Source: Amoebophrya sp. A120 (taxonomy: Eukaryota > Protista > Dinoflagellata). Taken from it: DNA of 64,000 nt. Shown here piece by piece: positions 1-10,491 of the stretch; position 1 is the first letter of the stretch, and each line of letters starts with the position of its first letter. The notes beneath the pieces are model-generated. The model was given only the letters and a program-made list of their open reading frames with translations, did no database searches and was not told the DNA's origin. Location of the stretch: NCBI GenBank assembly GCA_905178155.1, contig CAJINV010000005.1, forward strand, positions 2,883,161 to 2,947,160, given 5' to 3'. A program made the translations under genes and the position numbers.

Positions 1-284
1 AAGCTTCAGCAGTTCTTGTCGGGGGGGTGTGTCGGGGGTCTGTCTGGGGTGTGTCTGGGGTGTGTCCGGGGTGTGTTCGGGGTGTGGCCTGCAAATTACA
101 AATCACGATGCTACGGACCCACTTTGCATACCCCAGAACACACCCAAAAGCTTCAAAAGTTCTGGTTTGCTGCAGTTTAAATAGTAATTTCTTTGTCAAG
201 GCAAATCTGCATTACAAATTTTATTTCTCATGCTGAGGAAATTTGTCATGCATTTGTACGAGTACGATACTTTTGCAATGCATA
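1..284. mobile_element. Right end of a probable introner-type element (left end not identified in window)
   Basis: Minus strand reads ...GAG ACG AC|TATGCATTGCAAAAGT..., similar to the TIRs at 63250 (TATGCATTGCAAACAT) and 1561; GCATGACAAA motif just inside; the ORF stops shortly after entering it. Confidence 0.5.
21..86. repeat. G-rich ~11-bp tandem repeat (GGGGTGTGTCY)n
   Basis: About 6 imperfect copies read directly; partial inverted complement CCCCAGAACACACCC at ~131-145; lies in the putative intron ending at 284. Confidence 0.8.
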
Positions 285-2299
285 GTCGTCTCCAGGTATT
301 TGACCACGTTGGTTTTCAGCCTTTCCGGTTCGCCATAGGTCAGCTCCGAGAAATCGTGTTCTTTTTCTCTTCTCAGCGCTTCGATTTGGTTCTCGTCCGA
401 GCTGCAAAACTTGTACATGGCCGCCGCGGACTCGAAAATCTGCAAGCAGGGCCAGGAATCCTGCCAGGCCGCGGTGGTCAGTTGGCGGAGGTTGTGGAAG
501 AGGACGTGTTGAAGATAGTGCTTGTCGTTGTTCTCGTTTTTACCGTGAATTTTTGAAGAAGAAGAAGAAGCCGCCAGCACACCACCACCAGCTCTATTGC
601 AGTTCAAGCCTGGCAAGGTGCACTGCAACAACACCGAGGGCTCGTTCAAAAGATCCAGTACGCGCAAATTTTCGGGAAAGTGCCCCCGCAGGGTCTCGTG
701 GCGGTCAATCAGTTTCGCCACGGCTTCGTCGAGTCTTCGCCGGTCAAACTTGTTTTGAAAGGCTGACAGCGTCCAGCTTCCCATCGGTCTGTGGTGCGGG
801 GGGACGAACCACCAGGCACGCCGCTTTTTCTTTCGGCTGGAGGTAATGCTGATTCCTTTCGGTGCAGTTGAGTCGCTCGTAGCTGCACTTGCACTTGGTG
901 AAGAAGATGATGATGCCACAGCTGCAGGAATCTTCCTCCTCGACGACGACGTCGGCGGTGGTGTAAGACTAAGAGCAAGTTCAAGCGGACTTTTTTCTTG
1001 CTTTGTCGCATCATCAAAAGACGAATTTTTATGGTCCACCACAGAGGGTGCGCTCACCACCTCCTGCAGCAGTTCCTTCGCAAATTGCAAATTCATCAGC
1101 CGCTGCGCGCTGATTCGTTTCCCCAGGTCTAGTTTGATACGACTGGCGAGGGACATGACGAGCAAACTGTCCAGTAACCCCTCCAATCTCGTATCTTCAA
1201 ACACCTCCTCCAGGTTCAGAAGCTCTGTCAAGATCTTCGTCAGGTCCCGCGCCTGCTCGAGCAAATGCTGGCTGTTTTTCACGATGCTCGCTGGCGTCGT
1301 GCTAGATGAAGCAGAAGTACTAGAGCCTCTATTTCCATCTCCCTGTGGCTGGGCTGCCACTACACCCACGGTCGCAATGATATCCGTCAGCCGGTGCTTC
1401 TTCGATTTCAGCAAAGCGTTCCCTCCAGTCTCCTTGTCTTCCGTCGGGGTTCCGGTTTCTTTCTTGAAATGTTCCACAAGGTCAGAACTAGAAACGGCGA
1501 CGAAGTCGCAGGCGTGCTCATCATACCACCAGTCTTCGTAAATCGCTTTCAACTCGGTAGTATGCATTGGAAAAGCACTGCATTTCGTATGAATTCATGT
1601 TTCTGAAATTCACATCTTTTTTTTCAAATACTAAGCACGCTACGCAGGTATAGAATGCATGCTGCATCACAAGAATGTGGCTCTGATGCCCAGCATGCCT
1701 TGCGACGTTGTAAACTCATACGAGTCAGCAGCACGACACTGTACTTTTTACAGCGGATAGTCTTCCGTGAATTTTTCAAACATGTTGTTGGTCTTCGAGT
1801 GGAAGCTAGCGGATGAAATAAAAGTCTGCAGCTGTCGTCGTTTCGCTTGCTGTTTTTCTTGCTCCCGTTTCTGTTTCGCGCGAAATTCTTTCTGCTCCTC
1901 TTGCCGCTTTTTTTTCAGGTCTTTCAGAACGTCATCCAGCGGACTGTCTCCGTTCCGGTTCTGCCAGTCCTTGTGGTACCAAGCTTCGTCGTGCCAGTAC
2001 CAGTCCCCATCTTTGTAGCCAGGCCAGGCCGAGATTCGGTCACTGAACATAAGCTCGAGGTCGTTTGATGCCCCAGCATCTTGTTTTTCCTTTTGCTCTT
2101 CCACCGAAAGAGGTGTAACAGAGCTGGAATTCGAATTATTATACATCTCAGCGTGGACAAACAGTGAGAGGATCCGATATTCACACAGACCAAATCTCAT
2201 TCGAGGATGCAACTGGAGCGTTGCGGGCACGCACAACGCGACCAACATCCCAACAGCATTGGGCCAGAACTGCGTAGCACGATCACGATAGATCTTCAC
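285..2299 (-). CDS. NRPS-like protein (partial): phosphopantetheine carrier (T/ACP) domain followed by the start of a condensation-like domain
   Basis: GLLDSLLVMSLASRIKLDLGKRIS carrier-domain motif (~1120-1190); FDRRRLDEAVAKLIDRHETLRGHF matches condensation core RHExLRTxF (~680-750); ORFs 221-1567 and 1748-2299 are in the same frame and join (FTEDELKAIY) if 1561-1759 plus 5 nt is removed. Confidence 0.65.
1561..1759. mobile_element. Aged introner-type element (degenerate TIRs, TSD decayed)
   Basis: TATGCATTGGAAAAGCAC ... GTACTTTTTACAGCGGATA; internal GCATCACAAG; removal of 204 nt deletes the stops and keeps the frame. Confidence 0.55.
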
Positions 2300-2479
2300 A
2301 GTACGAAATGAGCACTACTACATGAAACTAACTGGTAGTGATCATGTCTACAGTACGACCCAGTGGGCATCCAAGATCTAGCTTGCCAATAGTGCTTCAC
2401 AGGTCTGGGATGAACACCCTTGAGAGAGCGCACGATGGTGCGCACAGTGGGCCTTCTGGCCAGGCATGGGATTTTTACT

Positions 2480-3676
2480 TTACTGAAATTGATTGAGAAA
2501 CACTAGCTGACGCTGCACCTGTAGCATCTGTTGTTCTGCATTGTACACAAGTGCAATGTCTTTTCCTGCTGCGGCTTGGTAGTGCATGGCGGTTGCCGCA
2601 TCAAAGCCGAGCCAGTCTGAGTCTACTACAAACAGGCCCTCAAGAATCCAGTTTGTGGTCTCTTTCGGGAAGAAAAATTCACTTTTAACATGCATCTTGT
2701 AATCTTTAGTGTAGCGCAGGAAGTTTCTTCTTGCTGTCTTGCGGGTCCACCCAAAGTGGTCCGCTATCCTGTTCATATTGAACTCGGGTATTGCATACAC
2801 ACCACCTAGGTTCAAGGATGCTAGTTGCAGCCTGAGTGCTAGTGCTGCTGTCCTGCGACAGCAGTGCGGCGTGCTTTTCAACTTGCCCTGTACTAACTTA
2901 TTGTAGTACGCTTGCCGTGCATCTGTGGAGCAGCTACTTGGGACTGTTACGCATCGGTGCGGGACTAAGACAGAAAACAGTTCGCCTGGTAGTGGGTTGA
3001 ATTTTACATGATCTGTAAATATCTCTGCCCACTTAACTCCATCCTGATCTCCTATGTCATAGATGCACTCGCTTGATACTGGTGCAAAACTACTAATGCG
3101 AAATGCTGTCGCGATCCAAAATTTTACTAGTATCAGATCTGATGCTCGAAGGCCCTGCATCTGCGTCCTAGAGACGGGGGTGGCTTTTTGTGGGTCTGCT
3201 TGGGCTTTGAGTCTATTCAGGCTGGCGTAGCATGTCCACTGATTTTCGTGGGCGAACGGGGACCTGGATTCTAGCTTATTGATCTGCTTTAGCCTTTGTG
3301 CGATTGTGCTGATGTGTAGATGGTACGAATTCCCTTGCTCTACGTCTATCAGGTGCTTACCATACGCGTATAGTTCTGACATGAACGTCATTTCCGGGCA
3401 CTGGAGCGTAGCCAGCGGCTCATTATATTTTGGTATTCTAATTTTCTTCGTGTAGTTCACGTTAAACCAGCTTACGAACGCTGCCCATCTGCACGATCTA
3501 TTTCTTGCGTAGTCATAGCCGTACGAAAGCTCAGCTGGCCACACACGAAGTTCTTCATCGATTCGTAGCTTTACTTTTGGGTCTCTGAACAGGTTCGCTG
3601 CACGAGAGTTCGGGCGCCTGGGCTCTTTTGCTTGTGCTTTTGGCCTTCGCTGCACCTGAGGTGAGGGAATATCTTT
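2480..3676 (-). CDS. Tyrosine recombinase of a YR retroelement
   Basis: Catalytic set in order: ATAFRISS (R), HVKF (K), TPHCCRRTAA (HxxR), DHFGW (H/W), FLRYTKDY (Y). Confidence 0.85.
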   Translation of the reverse strand, partial: KDIPSPQVQRRPKAQAKEPRRPNSRAANLFRDPKVKLRIDEELRVWPAELSYGYDYARNRSCRWAAFVSWFNVNYTKKIRIPKYNEPLATLQCPEMTFMSELYAYGKHLIDVEQGNSYHLHISTIAQRLKQINKLESRSPFAHENQWTCYASLNRLKAQADPQKATPVSRTQMQGLRASDLILVKFWIATAFRISSFAPVSSECIYDIGDQDGVKWAEIFTDHVKFNPLPGELFSVLVPHRCVTVPSSCSTDARQAYYNKLVQGKLKSTPHCCRRTAALALRLQLASLNLGGVYAIPEFNMNRIADHFGWTRKTARRNFLRYTKDYKMHVKSEFFFPKETTNWILEGLFVVDSDWLGFDAATAMHYQAAAGKDIALVYNAEQQMLQVQRQLVFLNQFQ

Positions 3677-5195
3677 TCACAAACTGCTCACAATTTTTTC
3701 AAATTTCTCGATTTCTGACGACACAAACTGCAGGGCTTCACCTAGTTTTTGTGCCCAGTCCGGGAGAATTTCATCAACATGCACTGCTCCTGTCTTCGAC
3801 AGGAACAGCTCAAAGTCGCGCTGTCTATCTCGTGTGACTGCGTCTGAATGATTTAGCTTGCTGCGCACGTAGTGCGTGATAGCTTTGTTATTATCATCGC
3901 GCCTGCGGCGCGTTATCAGGGATGCCATCACTGCCCCCGGTACGTCGTGGGCGATTCCTTTCACGACTGCGAAGGCTGCCCCTATATTATCTACATGCGA
4001 TATTCCTACTGTGTTCTTGAGCATCTGCTCGAACAGAACTTGGCCTACGAAAATTGCAAGAAGCTCATAGAAGTATATTTTCCGGTTTTTTAGCCGTGTG
4101 GGCAGCTCGAAGTTTTTTACTAGCTTCGAGTGTGACAGTCGAAAGTAATACGGCACGGAGTCGTCTCTGTGTATGACGCCTCCGAGCCATATCCCATCGT
4201 CGTCTTGTGCGGCGTCTGTATACAGTTCAGCGCACTGCTCATGTACCATAGCTGCTGATAGTGTAAAGGGGGCGTTTTTCTCGATAGCATCTCTGGTTTG
4301 CAGAAGCAGCACCGATGCTGCTTTTCGTGTGCCTCCTTGCTGGGGCGCGTTCATACGCCCTTGCTCGCGCGGGCACGTGAGCCTGTTCAACAAGGAGATC
4401 GCTGCGCCACAATCCGCATAATTGCGAAAATACAGATGGTGGATCAGGGTGCCTAGTAGCCGCTGTGTTTTGACTAACGTCACAGCGCAACACGCTACAA
4501 GGATGAGGAAGTCATCTATCAATTCCAGCGCAGACACCACTTTGTCTGGGGGCATGTCAAAGTGTGCGCTCTCCTGCTCGGGGCGGTAGTTAATGCCTAA
4601 CACTTCTACAGTCTGTCCTATGCGACCTACCTCATCTTTTCTGTCGCTCTGCGCGTAGCCTAGTGCGGCCACTATCCGCTTGGCACACGACAGTGCGTGC
4701 GCAGCAAGCACGGCTATCATCATGCTGATAATATCATCGATGTACACGTAGAAGGGGGCTCTTAAGTAAAAACGTAAGACTTTTTGTAACAACTCGGACG
4801 AGCTGCCTACAAAGTGGAATACCGAATGCAAATTGCCAAATGTAAGCGCTGTATTCCGCACTACTTCTACGGACCCATCTGGGCGTATTACACTGATGTA
4901 GTAGTTTTCACTTTCATTGTTCGCTAGCTGAAAGTACGCTTGGTACAAATCTAGTTTCGACAAGCATGGGACAAAGCCATCGGAGTTATCCGGTGGCTTC
5001 CACCCTCCTTTGATCCTATCTATGTCTTCCCAAGAAGCTCCTGTGTCAGCATTTTCTAGGATTTGCGTGTACAGGTGGTTCTTGAGAAACACCACTGGGA
5101 TGTCACACCCCGGGGCAATCACAGACTGCACTGCATCGACGATTGTCGGGAAGTCGCTAAGGCTAAGGCGTTCCTGTATCGCGGACATTTTGTTA
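3677..5195 (-). CDS. Reverse transcriptase plus RNase H (DIRS-like), 5' part lost in the gap
   Basis: SKLDLYQAYFQL, LTFG, YVYIDDII, EVLGINY (RT); LYTDAA, FYELLAI, HVDN, RSKLNHSDAVTR (DIRS-type RNase H). Confidence 0.9.
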
Positions 5196-5295
5196 NNNNN
5201 NNNNNNNNNNNNNNNNNNNNNNNNNNNNNNNNNNNNNNNNNNNNNNNNNNNNNNNNNNNNNNNNNNNNNNNNNNNNNNNNNNNNNNNNNNNNNNN
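5196..5295. other. Assembly gap (100 N)
   Basis: Run of N. Confidence 1.
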
Positions 5296-5296
5296 C

Positions 5297-5350
5297 CTGT
5301 TTTCTGGGATGCAAATCTCCCCCCCGCGTCATTTGCATCCCAGGAAACAG
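5297..5350. repeat. 20-bp inverted repeat (hairpin), possible terminal structure of the YR element
   Basis: CTGTTTTCTGGGATGCAAAT / ATTTGCATCCCAGGAAACAG (19/20 complementary); third partial copy at ~5420-5440. Confidence 0.75.
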
Positions 5351-6374
5351 ACCGGGAAGGGAGTTTTGCGAAGCAGCCCGAAGCCGGGTTGCAGGCAGGC
5401 ACCCTTCCGTCTTCCCGCACCTGTTTCCTGGGACACGAATCGATGGGGTCTATCTGCATTGCACAAATTTATCGCTCGAAGCCGCTACCCAGAAACAGAC
5501 GACCAAGAATACCGATAAGTACAGGTAAGAGTACCAACAACCACAGGTGAAGCAGCGAGGCAAAAAAACTCCCTTGGATTACTCACCCTTGCTCGTTGCT
5601 CTGGTCTTCCTCTTCTCGCGGATAAAAAATAGTCTCTACTCAATTGCAGCATGAGCCGCGTCGCGCTCTCCGCTCATTCGTTTGCCCCCTGGGTGTGCTC
5701 CGACTGCGAACAGCCTGCAGCATATGTGATGCAGCGAGGACTTTCGTTCTGTGATGAGGCAAGCTTGTGTGTTTCACAATCCGCAGAGACATGCAGAATA
5801 TTCATCTTGGAAAACCAATGTGGAAGCACGGACAGGCTCTGCTTCCGTATAAGTACAGTTATTCGAAACGGTTGCGATCATACACCAAATGAAGTTCAAA
5901 TCGCGTCGTCTTGTTTAGCAGTCACGGCCGGCACCATGACTCTTCGTGCGGACGCTGTTTTCTTTATGGTACAGTGTAGCTGTAGTTTTTTTTTGTTATT
6001 TCGTCTACGCGGTCTACGTACTAGTATTCATTGATGCTGCTGTTTGTTTTGTAGTTCATTCCTTCCTACCCAACCGACCAGTTCTTGTCGGTCTCGACCT
6101 GTATGCCTCCCGCCCGGGGCTACAAGCTGAAACCAGTAGAAACCAAATCTGCCGTCGTGGTGTACATTTCGGAACTATATCAATCAGACAACACCAAAAA
6201 AAGTACCAGTGTAATAAATACGTGCTTTTGGGAAGAGCCAAAAAAAGTTTGTAAATTCAAAACCTAAACTCAACCTCAAAACTTGAAAAGAAAGCTAAAA
6301 TGCAAACGTAGTTCAAATAGGGTGGATAGCCATAGCCGTTGGAATTGCCGGGTAAGTGCTCCTCCTGGTAAAAT

Positions 6375-6446
6375 TCGTCATATGGGAAAGAGCTTCGCCG
6401 CGTATCTTTATCGTCATATGGGAAAGATCGTCGCCGCGTCTCTTTA
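6375..6446. repeat. 36-bp tandem duplication
   Basis: TCGTCATATGGGAAAGAGCTTCGCCGCGTATCTTTA followed by TCGTCATATGGGAAAGATCGTCGCCGCGTCTCTTTA. Confidence 0.85.
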
Positions 6447-8710
6447 TCTACTTTTCTACAACTTTAAGTAGTTAAAAACCTCAAACTCGAAGGCAAAGCT
6501 CTTGAGCGGACCCCGGTTTAAAATTCTTCCAAACGTTCGCTACCACGGCCACACCGGTGTCTAAACATTTCTGGAATTGCGGGAATTGACTTTGCTGTAT
6601 TTATCTTCTTCATCTAGGGTCTTACATTTCTTCAGTATAATATTACTTTCTTTTTGTACTTAAAATCTAGGGCTTTCATCCCAATTTCGTATCTAATGAA
6701 CCATTTCCTCTTTCACGTTGTAATACGTGATCGCGCGGCGCTTTGCCCCCGGAGCATTGCCTCCCGCATCAATGCTCCCCTTCACTTCTTCCACCACGCC
6801 TTTCAGTGGTCCGTCCACCATCGCGTCCAGGAACTCCTGTTCGTCGTCGATCAACCCCCTTACTGATTCGTCGACTGCATACGCAGGTGAAAAACCACAA
6901 GCGGACTTTCCTAGTTTCATCTTGCACTTTCGTCGGTGTTATGAAGCAACGCGCGTGGACATTTCTTCATCCTCTATTTAATCTGTTCACTCCACGACTT
7001 CTACGATAGAAGTATTATACAAGACGAAGTGCTGCAAACAGATCTATGCAAGTCTGCCGATGCTTGTTCATCTGCCTATGTGTTCGAGGAGCTTTGTTCG
7101 AAATGATACTTTTTTTTTTTTTTATACAAATTACTTACAAAAGGCACGCAGAAGTCATAAAACGGCATAGAAGGAAGGCTGTGGCTGCTGCTGTTCTTGC
7201 CGTCTCGGACTTCGTTCCTCCTCTTGTGTTCTTCTGGCTTGCGTCCGCTGAATCTGTACTCGCTGGGTTGCCGTTCGGCAGTTGGAGATACAACCCCCAG
7301 GTCCTTGTGTAGATATGTATTTCTCCTTACATCGTCCCTCACATTCACGCCTGCGGGGGAACGGACGCCCGGGATGACACTGCCTGCTGTTTTCCACCCC
7401 CCACTGCAACGGGGTTAGGAAACAGCAAATCAGCGCCAAGAGTCAGCTCGTTAAGACTTTCGGCACTGGTTGAAGTTTTTCGGCAATGTCGCTCTACCTT
7501 TTCCACTTTTTAGTCTTCACTGTTCAACCTCCTTCATCCGATGCTTTGAAAAATAGAAACTACATTTACCATTCCAGCCTGTTCGGTTACACGCAGCTGC
7601 CATACGTGCAACCACATCCATAGCATGGCGCATGGCTTTAAAGGCTTTTCTTTAGTACGAAGCCCTATCAAAAATCAAAAGAAAAGAGTCTCTCTCTGCA
7701 GACACAGATGAGAACTTATCATGCATATTCTCTTGGATTCAAAATCCTGTCGCGTACATCGGAATTCAACATTTGATCAAGCGAGATCCAGGCTATTTTA
7801 GTGGAACTTACAAAGATCTAGCTATTTTCGTTTTTTAGTAAAGGAAAGAACAAATCAGGAGCAAAGATCAACTCACTGCATCTACTTATTCCTATACTGT
7901 CCCCGCTTTTGACCTTTCTGCTGATCTTCATCCTTTCTGTCCTCATCGTTGATCGTTGATCCCTTTCTCTCGCCTTCGGTTTTATGCCGTGCAGAAAAAA
8001 GAACCCTCTTCCTCGCTTAATATCCCCTGCTTATGTTTTCATGTATTTTCATTTTGTTCATTATTATGCACCATGCCAAGTCCTGTGAAAGTTATGAGAT
8101 GTCCTCTGAAATTTTCATGTTGATGCCCTTAGCCCGATTTTAGCTGGAAGTCTATCTGTATGTTAAAAAATACTAAGGGGAAAATATTAGCATTACAAAT
8201 AATCGTGTGCAACAGGAGGTGCAAATCATTAGCAGCTGCTAATTGTCATGCGCCATAAAATAACTCATTGAGAAAAGTAGGAAGAAGATTATCACTTTTT
8301 CTGTTAGTTCCTGCTTTCCCCTGCCGTGGCTGCCTTCCTACCTCGTTCCACCTACTCGCTATCCTCCTGCCTGTAGCTCCAGTCTTTTTTGCGTACCATC
8401 CGTACTTGCGTATCATTGTGCTCGTTTGCTTGTGTCCGTTCAAGCACAGCACGTTGGATGTCTCGGTCCATCCTTTTTCGATCTTGCGTTCCTTCCGGCC
8501 TTGCGCAAAGTCCTGTTGCAGGCAAGCAGAAAAATAGTGGTAGCTGTACCGTCGTAGGGTAAAAGATGTCATTTTCCAAAATTTTAACTTCATGCGAGTT
8601 TTTTGTAGAAGTTGCTCTATGTATTAGCGTGCTTCGTCAGTATAAAACAAGTGATATCTAATAGGTAGCAACATGCGCGCAAATCTATGTCGCGCTGCAT
8701 CGTCATCAGT

Positions 8711-10423
8711 TTATTTTTTTCTTTCAGCTACTGCTGCAGCCACAGCTTCTAAATTCTTGTTGTATCTGTCTCTAATCTCGTCTGCTACTGGATTTGTAGT
8801 ACTAGTTTGCACGGATGATAGCATTTCTCTACTTATACTGTTATACTTCCACCCAAGCTTCTCGTATGTGTTGTCCACTTTCGTTTTGGTTTTCGTGTCC
8901 GCTGTCATTCTGGGTCGTATGAAATTTAGATTTTTCTCAATCTGTTCACATGCAAAATTTTTTAGGAATTTTTTCCTTTTGTTTGTCTCGTGCAGGAATT
9001 TGAAAACTTTTTGTGGGCCATTGAAAACCTCCTTTTGACTCTTGATGTCTAGCGGCAGCTCCCCGCAGCCGTATACTTCATGCCTAGCTGCCACAGCTGC
9101 AGGACACTGACACTCCATGACCAAATGCGTTGCATGTCCTTCGGTTTCTTCTTCACAGAGTTGACACACTTGGAAGTAATTTTTTACTTCAGGATTCTCT
9201 TCATGATCTTCATGCCTAGCTTCTCCTGCGCCCAAAATGCCACTTGGCACTACTCCAGAGAACAAATAGAAATACAGCAGCTCCAGATACCGCGTTGGGA
9301 AGGTGCCTGCTTTCGGTCTGAATGCGCCAAATTCTCTCGCCCTTTCCACCAGCTGCGGGGCACTCGTAGGCTCGAGCTCGGTGATTCCTAGCCAGTATCT
9401 TATGCGGTTTGTTAATATTCTTCTTAGTATTGACGCTGTTATTTCTTTGCGGTACACTTGTGAGTGTATTCCTGCCTCTATAGCTCTTTCATGCCTATCT
9501 TCCGCTTCGTTTGCAAGACTGTCAACAAGATCATTGAAAAAGAGCCCGCTATGTCCTGCGTTCCAGATAAATTCGAACTCTATCTCTGATTCTGGTGCAA
9601 TAGCAGGTAGACTCTCATCAGAATGCCCAAACTTGCAGTGCGATTTCATGCATGTGTCACGAAGACCTTCCAGGGCATTTATAATGTGAAAAAACATTAT
9701 GTTCGATTTCTCATGCATATTTGCAAGCCCTTCCAGCACACTATTTGGATCCAAGTAAAAGGAAACTTTTTTTATTAGGTGTTGTATTTTATGCTCTTTT
9801 AGATGTGCTTCCGTCTTCTTTATTTGACTTACTAGGGCAAACGTCTCAGCGTCAAAACTGTCCACTTGGGCGTCTTTTATCGGAGATTCGACCACTGCCG
9901 TGCTAGTGCAAATTGGTTCTACCGGATACCAATCTGCAAAATCTTCGTTAATCTCGTGCTCGCAGTGCAGCTCGCTCGCCCACCATGTGGCCCCGCCACA
10001 GCCGCCGCGGGTTCCTTCTCCTGCTTTGGCGCTCCCGTCCGTTGCGATGACCAAATGACTAGCATCCTGCAGCTTTCGCCGTATTTCCCTGTCTTGCCTC
10101 CAGGATATTCTTCGCCGTGTCCTGTTGATCTCGTCCTCGCTGGAGATTTTTGTGAGGCTGCTATAGCCCCACTGCCTCCCGACGTCGTCCATAGTTGCAA
10201 CCGTCATTCGCACTCCACGCCAGCATCTTCTTACTATTTTCATTGGTCGAAATGATACTTTTCGAAATGATACTTTTTCCACATAAATCCCGTGCAGGTA
10301 TCGCGTCTTCGAAGATTTGGCATCATAGAACCGCTGCCCGTCCTTTCGGTGCCTGCTCTTCGTGGTGATGATGGACTGAAGAGTAACATTCATTTTCGGT
10401 GTATTCATTATCATAGTCCCCAT
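8711..10423 (-). mobile_element. 5'-truncated non-LTR retrotransposon ORF: RNase HI domain plus C-terminal CCHC zinc knuckle
   Basis: IATDGS, SFDAETFAL, FYLDPNSVL, FIWNAGHSGLFFNDLVDSLA (RNase HI D-E-D-D); CQLCEEETEGHATHLVMEC; intronless; no RT recognisable upstream. Confidence 0.75.
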
Positions 10424-10491
10424 GCAGTACTAGATCAAAATCGAAATACAAATAGAACCTCAGCACTATTTCATTCTCTTTCTTTCCATGA

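Larger units (their letters stand above)
2480..5600 (-). mobile_element. DIRS/Ngaro-type tyrosine-recombinase retrotransposon (RT-RNaseH-YR), broken by an assembly gap; boundaries approximate
   Basis: Intronless RT/RNase H and YR ORFs in tandem; hairpin-rich segment after the gap. Confidence 0.85.

Noticed and set aside
21-86. Telomeric repeat
   Set aside because: The unit is 11 bp and degenerate, not TTTAGGG-like, and it is internal to a gene region.
3677-3679. Genome-wide stop-codon reassignment (reported for one Amoebophrya strain) explaining the in-frame TGA
   Set aside because: Host exons here are long and stop-free under the standard code, use TGG for Trp, and end at normal stops (YIPF5 and archease TAG).
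5010-5528. ORFs spanning the N run, including the listed RT start at 5338
   Set aside because: Artefacts of translating through a 100-N gap of unknown true length.
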